DNA of 64,000 nt, taken from the NCBI RefSeq assembly GCF_020745735.1, contig NC_083402.1, forward strand, positions 8,384,004 to 8,448,003, written 5' to 3'. The translations under genes were made by a program, and so were the position numbers. Source of the stretch: Hemiscyllium ocellatum. Taxonomy: Eukaryota. The notes below the pieces were generated by a model. The model did not search any database and had not been told where the DNA came from. It saw nothing but the letters and a program-made list of their open reading frames with translations. Numbering within the stretch: the first letter of the stretch is position 1; the number at the start of each line of letters is the position of its first letter. Positions 37,455-50,630 of this stretch are shown in pieces.

Positions 37455-40400
37455 AGTACAGCACAGAACAGGCCCTTCAGCCCACGATGTTGTGCCAACC
37501 ATTGATCCTCATGTAACGTAAACCTAATGTACGAACCCCAAAATGTCTGTGACCATATGCATGTCCAGTAGTCTCTTAAATATCCCCAATGACCTCGCTT
37601 CCACACCTGCTGCTGGCAACACATTCCATGCTCTCACAATTCTCTGCATAAAGAACCCACCTCTGACATCCCCTCTATACTTTCCGCCAAACAACTTAAA
37701 ACTATGACCCCTCGCGTTAACAATTTCTGCTCTGGGAAAACGTCTCTGGCTATCAACTCTATCTATGCCTCTCATTATCTTGTACATCTCAATTAGGTTC
37801 CCCTCTCTTCCTTCTTTTTTCCAATGAAAAAGGTCCGAGCTCAGTCAACCTCTCCCCATAAGATAAGCCCTCCAGTCCAGCAGCACCCTGGTAAACCTCC
37901 TCTGAACCCTCTCCAAAGCATCCACATCTTTCCTATAATAGGGCAATCAGAACTAGACACATTATTCCAAGTGCAGTCTAACCAAAGTTTTATAGAGCTG
38001 CAACAAGATCTCATGGCTCTTAAACTCAATCCCCCTGTTAATGAAAGCCAAAACACCATATGCTTTCTTAACAACCCTGTCCACTTTGGGTGGCAATTTT
38101 AAGGGATCTATGTACCTGCACACCAAGATCCTGCTGTTCCTCCACACTGCCACGAATCCTGTCTTGAATCCTGTACTCAACTTTCAAGTATGACCATCCA
38201 AAATGCATCACTTCACATTTATCCAGGTTGAACTCCATCTGCCACCTCTCAGCCCATCTGTGCATCCTGTCAATGTCACGCTGCACCTACAACAGTCCTC
38301 TATACTGTCAACGACATCTCCAACCTTTGTGTCATCTGCATACTTGCTAACGCATCCTTCAATCTCCTCATCCAAGTCATTAATAAAAATTACAAAGAGT
38401 AGAGGCCCAAGAAAAGAACCCTGTGGAACACCGCTCACCTCCAGGCAGAATACTTGCCTTCCACTACCACTCGCTGTCTTCTGTCGACGAGCCAATTCTG
38501 TATCCAGACAGCTAAATTTCCCTGTATCCCATTCCTCCTGACCTTCTGAACGAGCCTATCCTGGGGAACCTTATCAAATGCCTTACTGAAGTCCACATAC
38601 ACCGCATCCACCGCTCGACCCTCATCAACTTGTCTCGTATCATCCTCAAAGAACTCAATAAGATTTGTGAGGCATGACCTTCCCCTCACAAAGCCGTGCT
38701 GACTGCATTTGGTCATGCCATGACCTTCCGGACGGTCATAAATCCTATCTCTCAGAATCCTTTCTAACATCTTGCAGATGGCACACATGAGACTGACTGG
38801 TCTGTAATTGCCAGGGATTTCCCTATTTCCTTTCTTGAAGAAAGGAATTTACATTTGCCTCTCTCCAGTCCTCAGGTATGACTCTGGTGGAAAGCAAGGA
38901 TGCAAAGATCTTCGCAAGTGGTGAAGCAATCACATTTCTCGCTTCCCAAATCAGCCAAGGACAAATCTGGTCTGGCCCTGGTGACTTGTCAATCTTAATG
39001 TTTGTCAAAATTTTCAGCACATCAGCTTCCTCAATCTCTATCCATTCCAGCATGCTTACCCGCTCCTCAATGGTTTCATTCACTATAAGGTCCTTTTCTT
39101 TCGTAAATACAGAAACATAAAACTCATTCAGGGCCCTCCCTATCTCCTCAGACTCTATACACAAGTTCCCTATGCTATCTCTGATCGGCCCTACTCTTTC
39201 TTTGATCATTCTCTTATTCCTCACATACATGTAAAATGCCTTTGGATTCTCCCTAATCCTTCCTGCCAAGCCTTTCTCGTGCCCCCTCCTGGCTCTCCTC
39301 AGACCACTTTTGAGCTCTTTCTTCACCTGCCTGAAATCCTCTAGAGCTGAACAAGACCCTAGCTTCTTCCACCTTACGTAAGCTGCCTTCTTTCTTTTGA
39401 CGAGAAGTTCCTCTGCTCTCATCATCCAATGTTCCTTTATCTTACCCCTTCTTGCCTGTCTCAGAGGAACACAGTTATGCATCACTCGCAACAACTGTTC
39501 CTTAAACATTCTCCACATGTCTGTAGTGCCCTTCCCATGGAACAATTGCTCCCAGTCCATGCTTCCCAACTCACATCTGATAGCATCATAGTTTCCTTTT
39601 CCCCAATTAAATATCCTCCCATTGTACCTGCTTCTCTCGTTCTCCATAGCTATGTAGAATGTGAGGCAGTTGTAGTCATTATCACCAAAATGCTCTCCCA
39701 CCGCAAGATCTGACACCTGCCCCGACTCATTGCACCAAATCCAAAATGGCTTCTCCCCTCATTGGCCTGTCAACGTACTGAGTTAGGAAACCCTCCTGAA
39801 CACACCTTACAAAAACAGCTCCTTCCAAACCATCTGCTCGAAGGAGGTTTGAATCAATATTGGGAAAGTTAAAGTCACACATTACAACAATCCTATGACA
39901 TTCATACTTTTCCAAAATCTGCTGACCTATGCTTTCTTCAATCTCCCTGCTGCTATTGGAGGGCCTGTAGTAAACCCCTAATGAGATGACTGCTCCCTTA
40001 CTGTTCCTAATTTCCACCCATACTGACTCAGTAGGCAGACCATCCTCGACAATGGTAGCTTCTGTAGCTGTGATACCCTTTCTGACTAACATTGCTACAC
40101 CCCCTCCTCTTTTTCCCCCCTCCCTATTCTTTTTAAATGTTCTAAACCCTGGAACGTCCAGCAACCATTCCTGCCCCTGAGAAACCCACATCTCTGTAAT
40201 GGCCACAACATCATAGCACCAGGTACTGGTCCATGCTCTAAGCTCATCACTTTTATTCCTGATACTCCTTGCATTAAAGCAAACATACTTGAACCAATCC
40301 TTTGGTTCTTTCCCAGGAAATTCCTTCCCACTGGCTCGCAACCTCTTGCTATTGCCTCATCTTCATCAACTCTCACCACCGGTATAAAGCTCAGGTTCCC

Positions 40401-41560
40401 ACCCCCCTGCCATACTAGTTTAAACCCTCCTGAACCACTCGAGCAAACCTCCCACCCAGGACATTGGTCCCCTTCCAGTTCAGGTGCAACCCGTCCTTCA
40501 TGTGCAGGTCCCACCTTCCCCAGAAGACATCCCAATTATCTACATATCTGAAGCGCTCCCTCCTACTCCAGCTGTGCAGCCACATGTTAAGCTGCGCCCT
40601 CTCCCTGTTCCTCGCCTCTCGTGTCACCAGTAGTAAACCTGAGAACACTACTCTGTTCGTCCTGCTCTGCAGCATCCACCCTAACTCCCTGAAATCACTT
40701 TTTATATCCTCAATCCTTTTCCTGGCTATATCATTGGTGCCAATATGCAACACAATTTCTGGTTGTTCGCCCTCCCCTTTCAGAATCATATACACCCAAT
40801 CGGAGACATCCCGGACCCTGGCACCAGGAGGCAACATACCTTCCGGGAATCCCCATCCTGACCACACAATCTCCTGTCAATTCTCCTAACATTCGAGTCC
40901 CCTACCACTTGTGCTTTTCTATTCTGCCCCCCTTCCCTTCTGGGCTCAGTGCCAGAGAACTGACCACGATGGCTTTCCTCTGGTCGGTCATTCCCCCCCG
41001 CCAGCAGTATCCAAAACGATATACTTATTGCTGAGGGGAATGTCCACAGGGGATCTCTGCACTGTCTGTCTGTTCCCTTTCCTCCCCCTGACTGTAACCC
41101 ATCTATCCTTATCCTGAGCCTCAGGAGTGACCAACTGCCGGTAACTCCTCTCAATTACCCCCTCAGCCTCCCGAATGATCCACAGTTCATCCAGCTCCAG
41201 CTCCAATTCCCTAACACAGTTTTCACGGAGCTGGAGTTGGGTGCACTTCCCGCAGATGTAGCCAGCGGAGACGTGTGTCATGTCTCTCACCTGCCACATT
41301 CTGCAGGAGGAGCAAGCCGCCTTGCTAATATATATGGTCACTTACTTTCCTTCCCAGCAGCCCCTCTGGTCCGTGTCACTTCCCCCACTGCTCCCACTCC
41401 TACCGTGGAGGAAAAACACCACCGGTCACTCCCGGTAAGTAATGTTAAACATCTCCTTTACCTTAGCTGTAGCCTTCCTGGTTCACCTTACCTCCGCTGC
41501 TGCTCCCACTCTAAAAGGTCGCTGGCGTCGAAGGGTAAGTACTTATAGTCACTCCTTTCC
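37455..41560 (-). mobile_element. Near full-length CR1 LINE (ORF1 zinc finger and esterase; ORF2 APE and RT), frameshifted
   Basis: CSSCRMW..CGKCTQLQL (40988-41341), VLHIGTNDI esterase (40415-40867), NARSIRNK..VAITE..GVYYRP..DFNFP APE (39727-40341), RT ORFs to 37524. Confidence 0.95.
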
Positions 41561-41584
41561 TTTGAGAGGAGTTCTGGGATTTAC

Positions 41585-41777
41585 ATAATAATGAACCTAA
41601 AACTGTAACACCAATCTAGGTTTGATCAATCTATTGTTTCAGTTGCATGATCTTTTGCTATAAATTCTGTGCCTGATGATCCTGCTCCACAGCGACCTGA
41701 TGAAGGAGCAGCGCTCCGGAAGCTCCTACTTCCAAATAAACCTGTTGGACTCGAACCTGGTGCTGTGTGATTTTTAA
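41585..41777 (+). mobile_element. Penelope pLTR fragment with degenerate hammerhead
   Basis: cctgatgaaggagcagcgctccggaagct...aataaacctgttggac...gtgtgattttta, same family as 14220-14288. Confidence 0.8.
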
Positions 41778-43230
41778 CTTTGTCCCATGTAAGACACTTC
41801 CAGTTTGCCGAGCTGTGCTTTCTTTGGTTTTATTTTTAATCCAGAAGCTACAATGGTTTTTAACGTTTTCAGTCCTGTCTTGTAGTGTTTTCCCTCAGCA
41901 GTAGAAGCAACCAGCATATCGTCAACCTATTGTCATCTTACACACTCTGTTTTGGGAACTTTTGCTATTACATCTGCCATTGCCTGGTGGAATATAGCAG
42001 AGCTAATGAGGAGCCCTTGTGGTACTCTTGTCCAGGTGTACTGTCAGTCACCTGTGGTAAAGGCAAATATATATTGGTGTTTGGGGTCTATAGGCAGAGT
42101 CCAGAACCCGTTTGCTATGTCTAGGATGATAAAGGTCTTGGTTTCTGACCCGATATTGTTTATTATAGTGTTGGGATCTGCAACACCAGGCTCCAGTTTA
42201 TCTACATATTTCTTTAGACTGCTATAGTCAGTCGTTATTCTGTATGATCCTTCGGGTTTCTTCACTGGCCCATTTTCGGAGTTTGTGGTGGAACAAGTTT
42301 CTTTTATTATTCCCTGTTTCTCCAAACCGTTCGCAATCTCTTTAATTGCCTCAACAGCTTCAGGTCTGATGGGGTACTGTCTTTCATGTGGGTGTACATT
42401 CCCAGGAATTTCAGTCGGTGTTATGTCCAATCTCCCTCACTGGGTTTTGGGGGTTGGTCATAATTTGGGACACATCATCGCCAATTTGTGGTCGGGGTTC
42501 TCGGAATCCCATTCCCACTCTATTGTGACAGCACGGATACTCTTAAGGAGGCAGGCAATCCTTGTCTTTCCACATTTAAACTGGTGAGCCCATTTTGGCC
42601 TCTCGCACATCAATTATGGCTCCAAATTATTCCAATAAATCCATCCCCAGGACACCACCTTCAGTATTTTTACACACATAAATAGGAGAATTAATTACAC
42701 AATCAGCTATTTTTATTTGAAGCAGTTGGCTGAGAGTGGCTGGTTGAATCCCACTACTCCCTCCCTGTACTTTTAAATTTTTATTTGATAATGGTAAATC
42801 CAAATCTGTAATACAGATAGAGGCTCCAGTGCCTATGAACATACTGAACGGCCGGCCCCCTAACAGCGTGCTTATATACACCTGGTTATCCCCTTCTACT
42901 TGTCCGAGCACCACAAGCCATCACCTGTTCACGATTAGTTTCGGCAGGTCTCTTGCTGTAAATTGTATGACAGTCCTCTCACTGCTGTTGCCATTGGCAA
43001 CCGGCTGGGTGTTTCCGTGATTCTGCCTTGGTCCCTGTCCGTGCCTGCCTCCCCTGGGGAACCAGCAGTTCTCTCTGTTGTGTCCTCGTTCTCCACTACT
43101 CTCACATTTCTTATTGTGGCAGTTCTTGGTGAAGTTATTGCACACAAATCACTCTCGTTCCTTCAGCTGCTTCGGGCAGGCCCCCTGTCTGTGTGTATTC
43201 CCTGTCACTACTTCTCGTTTTTATTCATGC
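41778..43230 (-). mobile_element. Retrovirus-like gag-pro-RT remnant (class III/spuma-related or lokiretrovirus-like)
   Basis: Gag knuckle C-ES-S-GERG-H-NREN-C, protease FIGTGAS..VLGMDLL, RT QYPI..PVKKPEGSYR..LDIANGFW..QYTWTRVPQG..Q*VDDML (41918-41926)..GLKIKPKKAQLG. Confidence 0.85.
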
Positions 43231-45801
43231 AGGGAATGAGAGCATCACTGACAGGGCCAGCATTGATTGTCCATCCCTAATTGCCCAGAGGGCAGTTAAG
43301 ATTCTGGATTAGTGGTGCTGGAAGAACACAGCAGTTCAGGCAGCATCCGAGGAGCGGTAAAATCAACATTTTGGACAAAAGCCCTTCATCAGGAATACTA
43401 CAGATTGTCTCACACCAAAGTACCTTTACAATGAGCAAATCTTATCATCTGGAATTAAAGATTCACTCATGTGTTGGAACAGTGTATAGAAGTTCATTCT
43501 GGCAAAAAACTGCAATCCCAAACATGGTAATTTCTGGAATGAAAATTTTACCCAAGTCCAAACACAGCACGGAGACAATTCCAAAAGCTTTTACCAAGCT
43601 TGACGAACCAACTCCTTAAATCAACATTTTGTCACAGACTTCTGCCATGCACAACCACTGATAGTTTCTTAAATGGACATTATATTAACCAGACTGGCTC
43701 ACATATGGCATATATCACACTTCCAAAGCACCAAACATTTCTAAAATGCAAACTAACTTCAACATAACCCCAGATCTAAAGTTCCAAGAAACAAAAACAC
43801 ATAAATTGCCCAAGACAACATTTTGCAAACAACACTCGTGCATTCAAACCAAACCACAAAGAGTTAACCCTTCGACAAGGTTCAGTGAACCAGCCCTGTG
43901 CAGAAATTCAGTCTTCCCCTCTCACTTTTTCACGGATGAACACTGCAGCTATTTCAGATTAATTCTGTTCCTTTTTTGTATTCTGCTTAAACAGAGCCAC
44001 AAAGATGATTAACCCATTGGTCCCTTTTTCTTTCTTTGACCCAGCCACCAAGCTTCCTGTTCTGATTCAGTTCCCTCCCTATTCCATCAGTCCTCTACCA
44101 TATCTTTAATTAAGGTTTTATTTTTCTCAAACACAGACTGATCTGGAACCCACTGGGTTTTTCTTTTCAGTTCTATCCTGCCATTAACTCTCCCGGCTGT
44201 GTCTGATTCCATTTAGAGTCAGAGTCATACAGATATACAGCATGGAAACACCCTTCGGTCCAACCCGTCCATGCCGAACAGAGATCCCAACCCAATCTCC
44301 CTGGTAACCCAGATCCCCCTGTATTGCTGAAGGAACAGTGACTGGGGACACACATGGAGGCTGCTATCCTGGACTGTCCGTCCTGAGCACACATTGTGGG
44401 GATAAGGGGTGAGCCAGGGTCACAGATCTCTGCTGAGTTAATCACTAATCCGTGTGGAGAAAGATACAAATGCAGTGAGTCTGGTTTGACTTTAAAACCA
44501 AGCACAGGTCTTAATAGAATAAAGAAATCAGTTGTGGATGCTAAAGCCAGTCTGTGGTTTGCATGTTATTTCTTTAGTTTCCATACTTTCCTTCTCAGAC
44601 CCCTGACGCTTTGGATTGTATCTTGTGTCTTTTTGGTAAGTCCAAGTAGCACTAAGTGTTTTGGGCATTGTTACCTGCCTCTCTCTCATTCCAGGAGAAA
44701 AACAGCCTGCAAAGGGGCAGAAAGAGTCAAGACAGAGAGTGTGCTGCTGATCATTTGGTTCCTCATCCCTTATATGGAGAGCATCCTGACTCTGACTGCC
44801 CCGAGCAGGGCCAGGACAGATCGGAGGCTGCACTCGGCTGGGTGTACCAGGGCCCCCTGAGAAAGGCTGTCTCCCTGACTCAACTGAGGATGACAGACAA
44901 CTGTAACAAGCTTCCTGTGTCTGTGCTAAATGCTGAATGTGACAGGTGGGAAGGCACTATCTCCACCACAATGACATTACATTGATAATCTTAAAACAAT
45001 GAGTATGAAGAGACACTGCAATACCTACAGCGATATGTCCAGCCAGCTTTGAACACTCGGCATTGCAGGAGCTGCAGTACATCATTCAGGGGATGACATT
45101 TTAATGATAACCAGCACACTTCCCTTGGAGATTTGATTTTTATTTTTACAACATTCTTCGGTTGTTACTTAAATCAATTTGATTTCATGGATTGTCAAAA
45201 AGAAAGAGCACAAAGATTAATTTGCTGAAAGTGTCTGGGTGTTCAGACTTTATGCTGTCCATGGGAAAATGCTGATATCCATTATTAAGGAGATGGGATC
45301 AGGATTTAGATAATCATAATGCAGTCAGGCAGAGTCAACGTGGTTTGTTAAAAGGGAAATAATGTTTTATGAATTTATTAGAGTTCTTCAAGGAGGTGAC
45401 AATCAACATGGAGAAAGGGATCGCTGTAGAATACCAGGATTTCCAAAAAGTGTTCAGTAAATGTTTATCATGTGTTGATGGGATATTGGATGTGGGTTGG
45501 GCCAGCATTTATTGCCAATAGGTTCATGAATGTTCTTCAAGGAATGGAATCTGCTGTCTTTCCCAGGTCAGGCCTGTGTCTGGATTTGGTTCTACACAAT
45601 GTGGTTAATTGTTTGAGGTGAATCTTGCATTGCTTTGTCGGTGTACAAATTGCCTCAGGATTTTTGGAGAGACTCCCGCTATGAGGACAAATGAGACTTT
45701 TCACTTAATCTTACCAAATGTACATCATTACCCACCCCGTTCCTGTGGCATTCCGCACATCCAATTCTATCCCTATTTTACCAAGGGCTATTCCTGAAAC
45801 A

Positions 45802-46019
45802 GCTGCAAGTGTGTTGCTGGTCAAAGCACAGCAGGCCAGGCAGCATCTCAGGAATAGAGAATTCGACGTTTCGAGCATAAGCTTCATCATTCCTGATGAA
45901 GGGCTTATGCTCGAAACGTCGAATTCTCTATTCCTGAGATGCTGCCTGGCCTGCTGTGCTTTGACCAGCAACACACTTGCAGCTGTGATCTCCAGCATCT
46001 GCAGACCTCACTTTTTACC
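45802..46019. mobile_element. Young palindromic mini-Penelope pLTR
   Basis: 84-bp perfect inverted repeat (45799-45882 / 45903-45986). TSD ctattcctgaaaca at 45788-45801 and 46020-46033. Confidence 0.92.
45889..45924 (+). ncRNA. Intact minimal type I hammerhead ribozyme
   Basis: AUUC-CUGAUGA-A-GGGC(UUAU)GCUC-GAAACGUC-GAAU; predicted cleavage after 45920. Confidence 0.8.
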
Positions 46020-48950
46020 CTATTCCTGAAACAACTCACCACTCACCAGGAAACCACTGAAAGACCAGGATCCCATGTGCCCTCACCGCATTCAGTGCAG
46101 ACGATTGTTAAATAAAAACTGAAAGAACTGTGGATGCTGTAAATCAGAAACAAAAAGGGAAGTTGTTGGAAAAGCTCAGCAAGTCTGACAGCATCTGTGA
46201 AGAGAAATCAGGGTTAATGTTCCGGATATGGTGACCCTTCCTCAGACTATTGTTACACTGACATGAGAGATGATGACAGCATCATTGGGTGTTGCACAAA
46301 TAATGGTTCATCTTTGGCCAACATTCACCTCTTTCTAAGTCTGTGACAATAAGCATCTGCATCATTGAGGAGCCAGTGTTCAATTGGCATTACCAATGGC
46401 AAGGTGCCAATTACTCTGACCCAGCAGATGACCCCTCTCCATGTGTGCTCTGCATGGTTTGCAAATGGATGTTGAAATGACTGCAAATTAAATGTAACTG
46501 GAGTTTGCAAACACCTGCTTCATGTAATTTATCCTTCAATGTCCTGGCATTCAGTAGAGGTGGATCCCAGGCTTTTACTGTCAGATTGACATTGTCCCCA
46601 TCTCTCCTGGGTCACTGGCCCAGCCATTTCCCAGTTCCATTTCATATTTAGAGAGTGGTAAGTGCTGGCAGGGAATGCAGTTCACGGTGGACACTGTCAG
46701 CATTGGGCTCTGCCAGATCACTAGGTACACGGTCTCACACCTCCATGTCCCCTTTATACCTCACACCACCTGACAGCCCCTGTCCACACATTTTCTGACG
46801 TGAATCCCCACCACAATGAACTTCACCAATGACTGTCCTCCCTGCCCCGAACCTTGACATTACACCTTAGTGATGTCTACTCTGCCCCTCGACATTCCCC
46901 CTGTGGAGACCATGATGGTGGTCACTGGCAATACGAACCACCACCCCACCCCATGGCCTGACATACCCTCCGGTCCTGTTCCATATTCATTCCCTTCCCC
47001 CCATACACCTTGAGATGCCATCGCTGATCATCATTCTTATCCCAAACTCCACAAGTCCCTCTGCCTTTCCCCACTTGGCCTCAACTCCCCCACCCCTTTT
47101 AGCAATGATTCCCTCACTGTGTCTCCTGAACAATCAATGGACCGGTTCCCAGGACCGTATTCACCCCAAATCTCTGAGTGACTTTGACAGACAGCCCCTG
47201 GAACATGACTGGTCAGACCCCTGACCACTCCTGGACTAACAACACGAGGTTCTCCTGACTGAAGCTGCTGGCCCCACAGCATTGACTGTCGCCCTCTCCC
47301 TGGGCTGCAGGCAGACAGATTTGCTGATGGTGCCTGGCCTGAGCTGGTGACCTCTTCATTTGCCTGGCCTGAGGTCCAGCCCCCACCCAGTTTCTGACAA
47401 GGCCATCTAGTTGAATAAACATGCAGTGTGTTTGCTTGTGTGGGCAGCTGGCACATGCTGCAGTTGTCAGAGTGAAATCTCCAATTGTGCCTTAAGATGT
47501 CATTGCATGTTGAATAGATCCTGTCAGACAAGTATGGTAAGGAGCCGGTCTGTGAACCTGTGCAGAAGACCCTGTCAAAACAGCAGTAGAGAGAGCCTTC
47601 AGCTCTGGCTAAAGCAGCAATGCACTAACTGGCATGGCCAGGAACAGCCTGGCAAGGTGAGGAAAGGAAAGGAATGGATACTGTGAGCATGCAGGTTGGT
47701 ACTAACCGAGCAAGTGCTGAGAGAACAACAAGTGAGCAACCCTGAGATCAAAAACAAGCAAAGAATTGAGAGCGCTGGAAATCAGAAACGGAAGCAGAAA
47801 CTTCTGGAGCTGGACTGGCAGCAGCTGTGGAGAGAAAGCAGAGTTAATGTTTCAGGGCCAGTGATCATTCTTCAGAACTGATTGCACATAGGAAAGGGTT
47901 GGTGTCTACACCAAAGAAGGGGTGGAGGGAAGGAGATGGAGTAAATGATAGCTGGAGATAGAACCCAGAGAGAGATTTGGTTGGGCAGATAAAAGAATGG
48001 GCAATGGTCAGCCTGAGAGAATCAAGAGCTGCTGATGGGGACCACTAGTGGCTGACAATGGATTATTTGAGGTTGCAGCCCACGTGGTGATAAGGCCTGG
48101 TATGTGGTCCCTGCTCCAATCTGTGAGCTGAGTACCTATTACTCTGCACAAACTGGCCCTGCAGTAAGCTTTCAATGTTAGTTGCCCCCAGTGTGGGTCT
48201 GTGCTTTCAAAGTGACCCATCAATGTATCGGAGAGCTGCCATGAAGATGGAGAGGGGCTGGTAAATGTCGGGATGCCAATGTCTGTGGATGATGGTGTGT
48301 GTGGACGATGCCTGTGGATCATTCCCTGAGACGCTGCTTGGTCCTGACCAGCGTGGAGGCTCCTCACAGCCAGCGGTGAGCTGAAGTCTCCAGGCACCTG
48401 CTCTGTCTTCCATGTTGAGGATTCACCATGTCTAACTTGATCAGCATGTTTGGTAAGACAGGAAGCTGAATGTTAGTCAGTAAGGTTTGGGCAGTAATAA
48501 GACATTTAAAAAGTTATAATGCCCCTTAATTCCCAATTTACTGCTGCCCAGTGAGTGACCTGCCTCACTGCTCAGCAAATCCATAAAAGATGCAGTGAGA
48601 TGCTCCCGATACCGGGATAGACCTCAGCGCACTTCTCATCTGATTCCACCATAAAGTTGATCTTGGCTCATCACTCAGGCCCCTGTAAGATTCTGTGACA
48701 CTGGGGGTAGACCTAAAAGAACCTCTGGTCACTATTCAAACTTCTCCCTTACATTTTGGTCAATGTTTATTCATGAACTGACATCAGTACCTGGTTGTTA
48801 GCACAATGCTGTTTGTTGGGAAATGAAGAGTGAAGCAGACTGAATGAATTAAATGTATCTTCAAACTTAAACAAGTCACAATCTGAAAAACAATAATTGT
48901 TCCTTTCTGTGTCAGAGAGATGGAGTGATCAACATCATTAGCAATGATAT

Positions 48951-49250
48951 GATTAGATCACCATCAGTGTGGAAACAGGTCCAACAAGTCCACACTGACC
49001 CTCCGAAGAGTAACCCACCCAGACCCATTTCCCTCTGACTAATGTACCAAACACTATGGGCAATTTAGCATGGCAAGTACACCTGACCTGCACATCTTTG
49101 GACTGTGGGAGGGAATCGGAGCACCCGGAGGAAACCCATGCAGACACACGGTGAATGTGCAAACTCCACACAGACAGTTGTCTGAGGTTGGAATCGAACC
49201 TGGAACCCTGGTGCTGTGAGGCAGCAGTGCTAACCACTGAGCCACCATGC
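48951..49250 (-). mobile_element. HE1/V-SINE
   Basis: Tail, V-domain, A and B boxes. Confidence 0.9.
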
Positions 49251-50595
49251 CATCCACATGAATGCATATTTTTTTGATTTCTTAATGTTTACTGAGTGAT
49301 CCAGAAAACCATTATTAAAAACATTCTCAACGTACCAGGGTGTCCAGCTCAAAATGTCCAGGGGAAATAGGATAAGCAACGAAAGCTGAACCACATTAAC
49401 AAAAAGACACCAATAGAGATACATAATATTTATGTAAACTATATCGATAGACCACAGACATACATCAATATCATATTACACCTAGATGGATCTTTTTACA
49501 TCTCACTGAGGTAGCATTTTGGAAATCAAGCTTCACTATTCCCAAGGTCATCACAAAAGTTGGGAGATTTTATAGAAGTTCACAAAATTCTCCACTTCAA
49601 CTGAGTTTTCGACCCAGATTGCCAGGAAGCACAGACTACATTTCTGGACTTACAAAGATTACTATTTTTCACAAATAAATAGACATGAATTCCAGAGAAA
49701 TAATGACAAACCATTGACATATAACGCCACTCGTTAAAACTCTAAGATCCTCATGAACGAATTCCCCTTAAATCCGCACACATACACATACAGACAGGAA
49801 TGAAACATTCATCATTGATTTGAAGGAAAACACAGAAAGCAGTTTCAGTGGTCCCAGTTCACAGGATCCGCTGAGATGATGCTTGTGATCAGAATGCTAC
49901 TTCCTTCTCCTTCTCCATCTTCCATGTGCAGATGTTGTCACTGGTTTACACGAGACACAGGGTGGCTTATATTGGCCTGACTTATTAATCAAAGGTCAGA
50001 GCTTATTGCAACTGCTAAAAGAAAAGAAAATAAGCTCAGTGTCCTCAGAGTTAAAGTAACTTTTATTGCAGGTAACAGAGCTGATGATGATCAGTTCCTG
50101 AACTGGTGATGGTTTGATGGCTTCTCCCGATAGTGTTCACATCCACACAAGCTGTTCAGTTACCTGGGAAGCAATCAAATCATTGCTGGCAGCATGAAGT
50201 TTTTGTCATTGATTACTAGTCATTAGTACAAAGACCAGTCAGATACTTGTTGCCAGCTGAATCTCCATTTGTACACGCCCTTGTCTCCATCTCGTCTGCA
50301 CCTTCTGCTGCTGTCTGACCCAGCAGCTGTGTAAACAGTACTTACAATGAGTGTCAGGTTACTTGCTTTCAAAAACATACAGTATTCCTTAAACAATCCT
50401 TAGCTTTCAAACAATTCTAATCCATCTCAGTCTAGAAAGATAAAAAGACATAGACTTTATAAAATATAAAAACTTTTGAAGAATATTTATGTCAATTTTA
50501 GGAGCTGGTGAATCCCATGATGCTCCTTGAATTTGATCTGGGAAGCAGTGTAGCCTCAGTTACACAGGTTCATTACTTCCAGTAAATACTCACTC

Positions 50596-50630
50596 CTAAT
50601 GTGTGTCCATAACAGCTGCATAGGTTACAT
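50596..50630 (-). CDS. Last coding exon of an ITIM-bearing receptor tail (DVTYAAVMDTH*)
   Basis: Acceptor tctgtatctttctagcag, phase 1, VTYAAV ITIM, TAG at 50596-50598, then GA|gtgagt. Confidence 0.8.

Noticed and set aside
44440-44500. C2H2 linker-like GERYKCSESG
   Set aside because: Single degenerate motif with no His pair or neighbouring fingers.
46300-48700. Possible old Harbinger-type DNA transposon remnant
   Set aside because: Composition is suggestive, but no transposase motif or TIR could be read; needs RepeatMasker or HMM.
49540-50450. Possible solo LTR
   Set aside because: LTR-like composition, but termini and TSD could not be defined.
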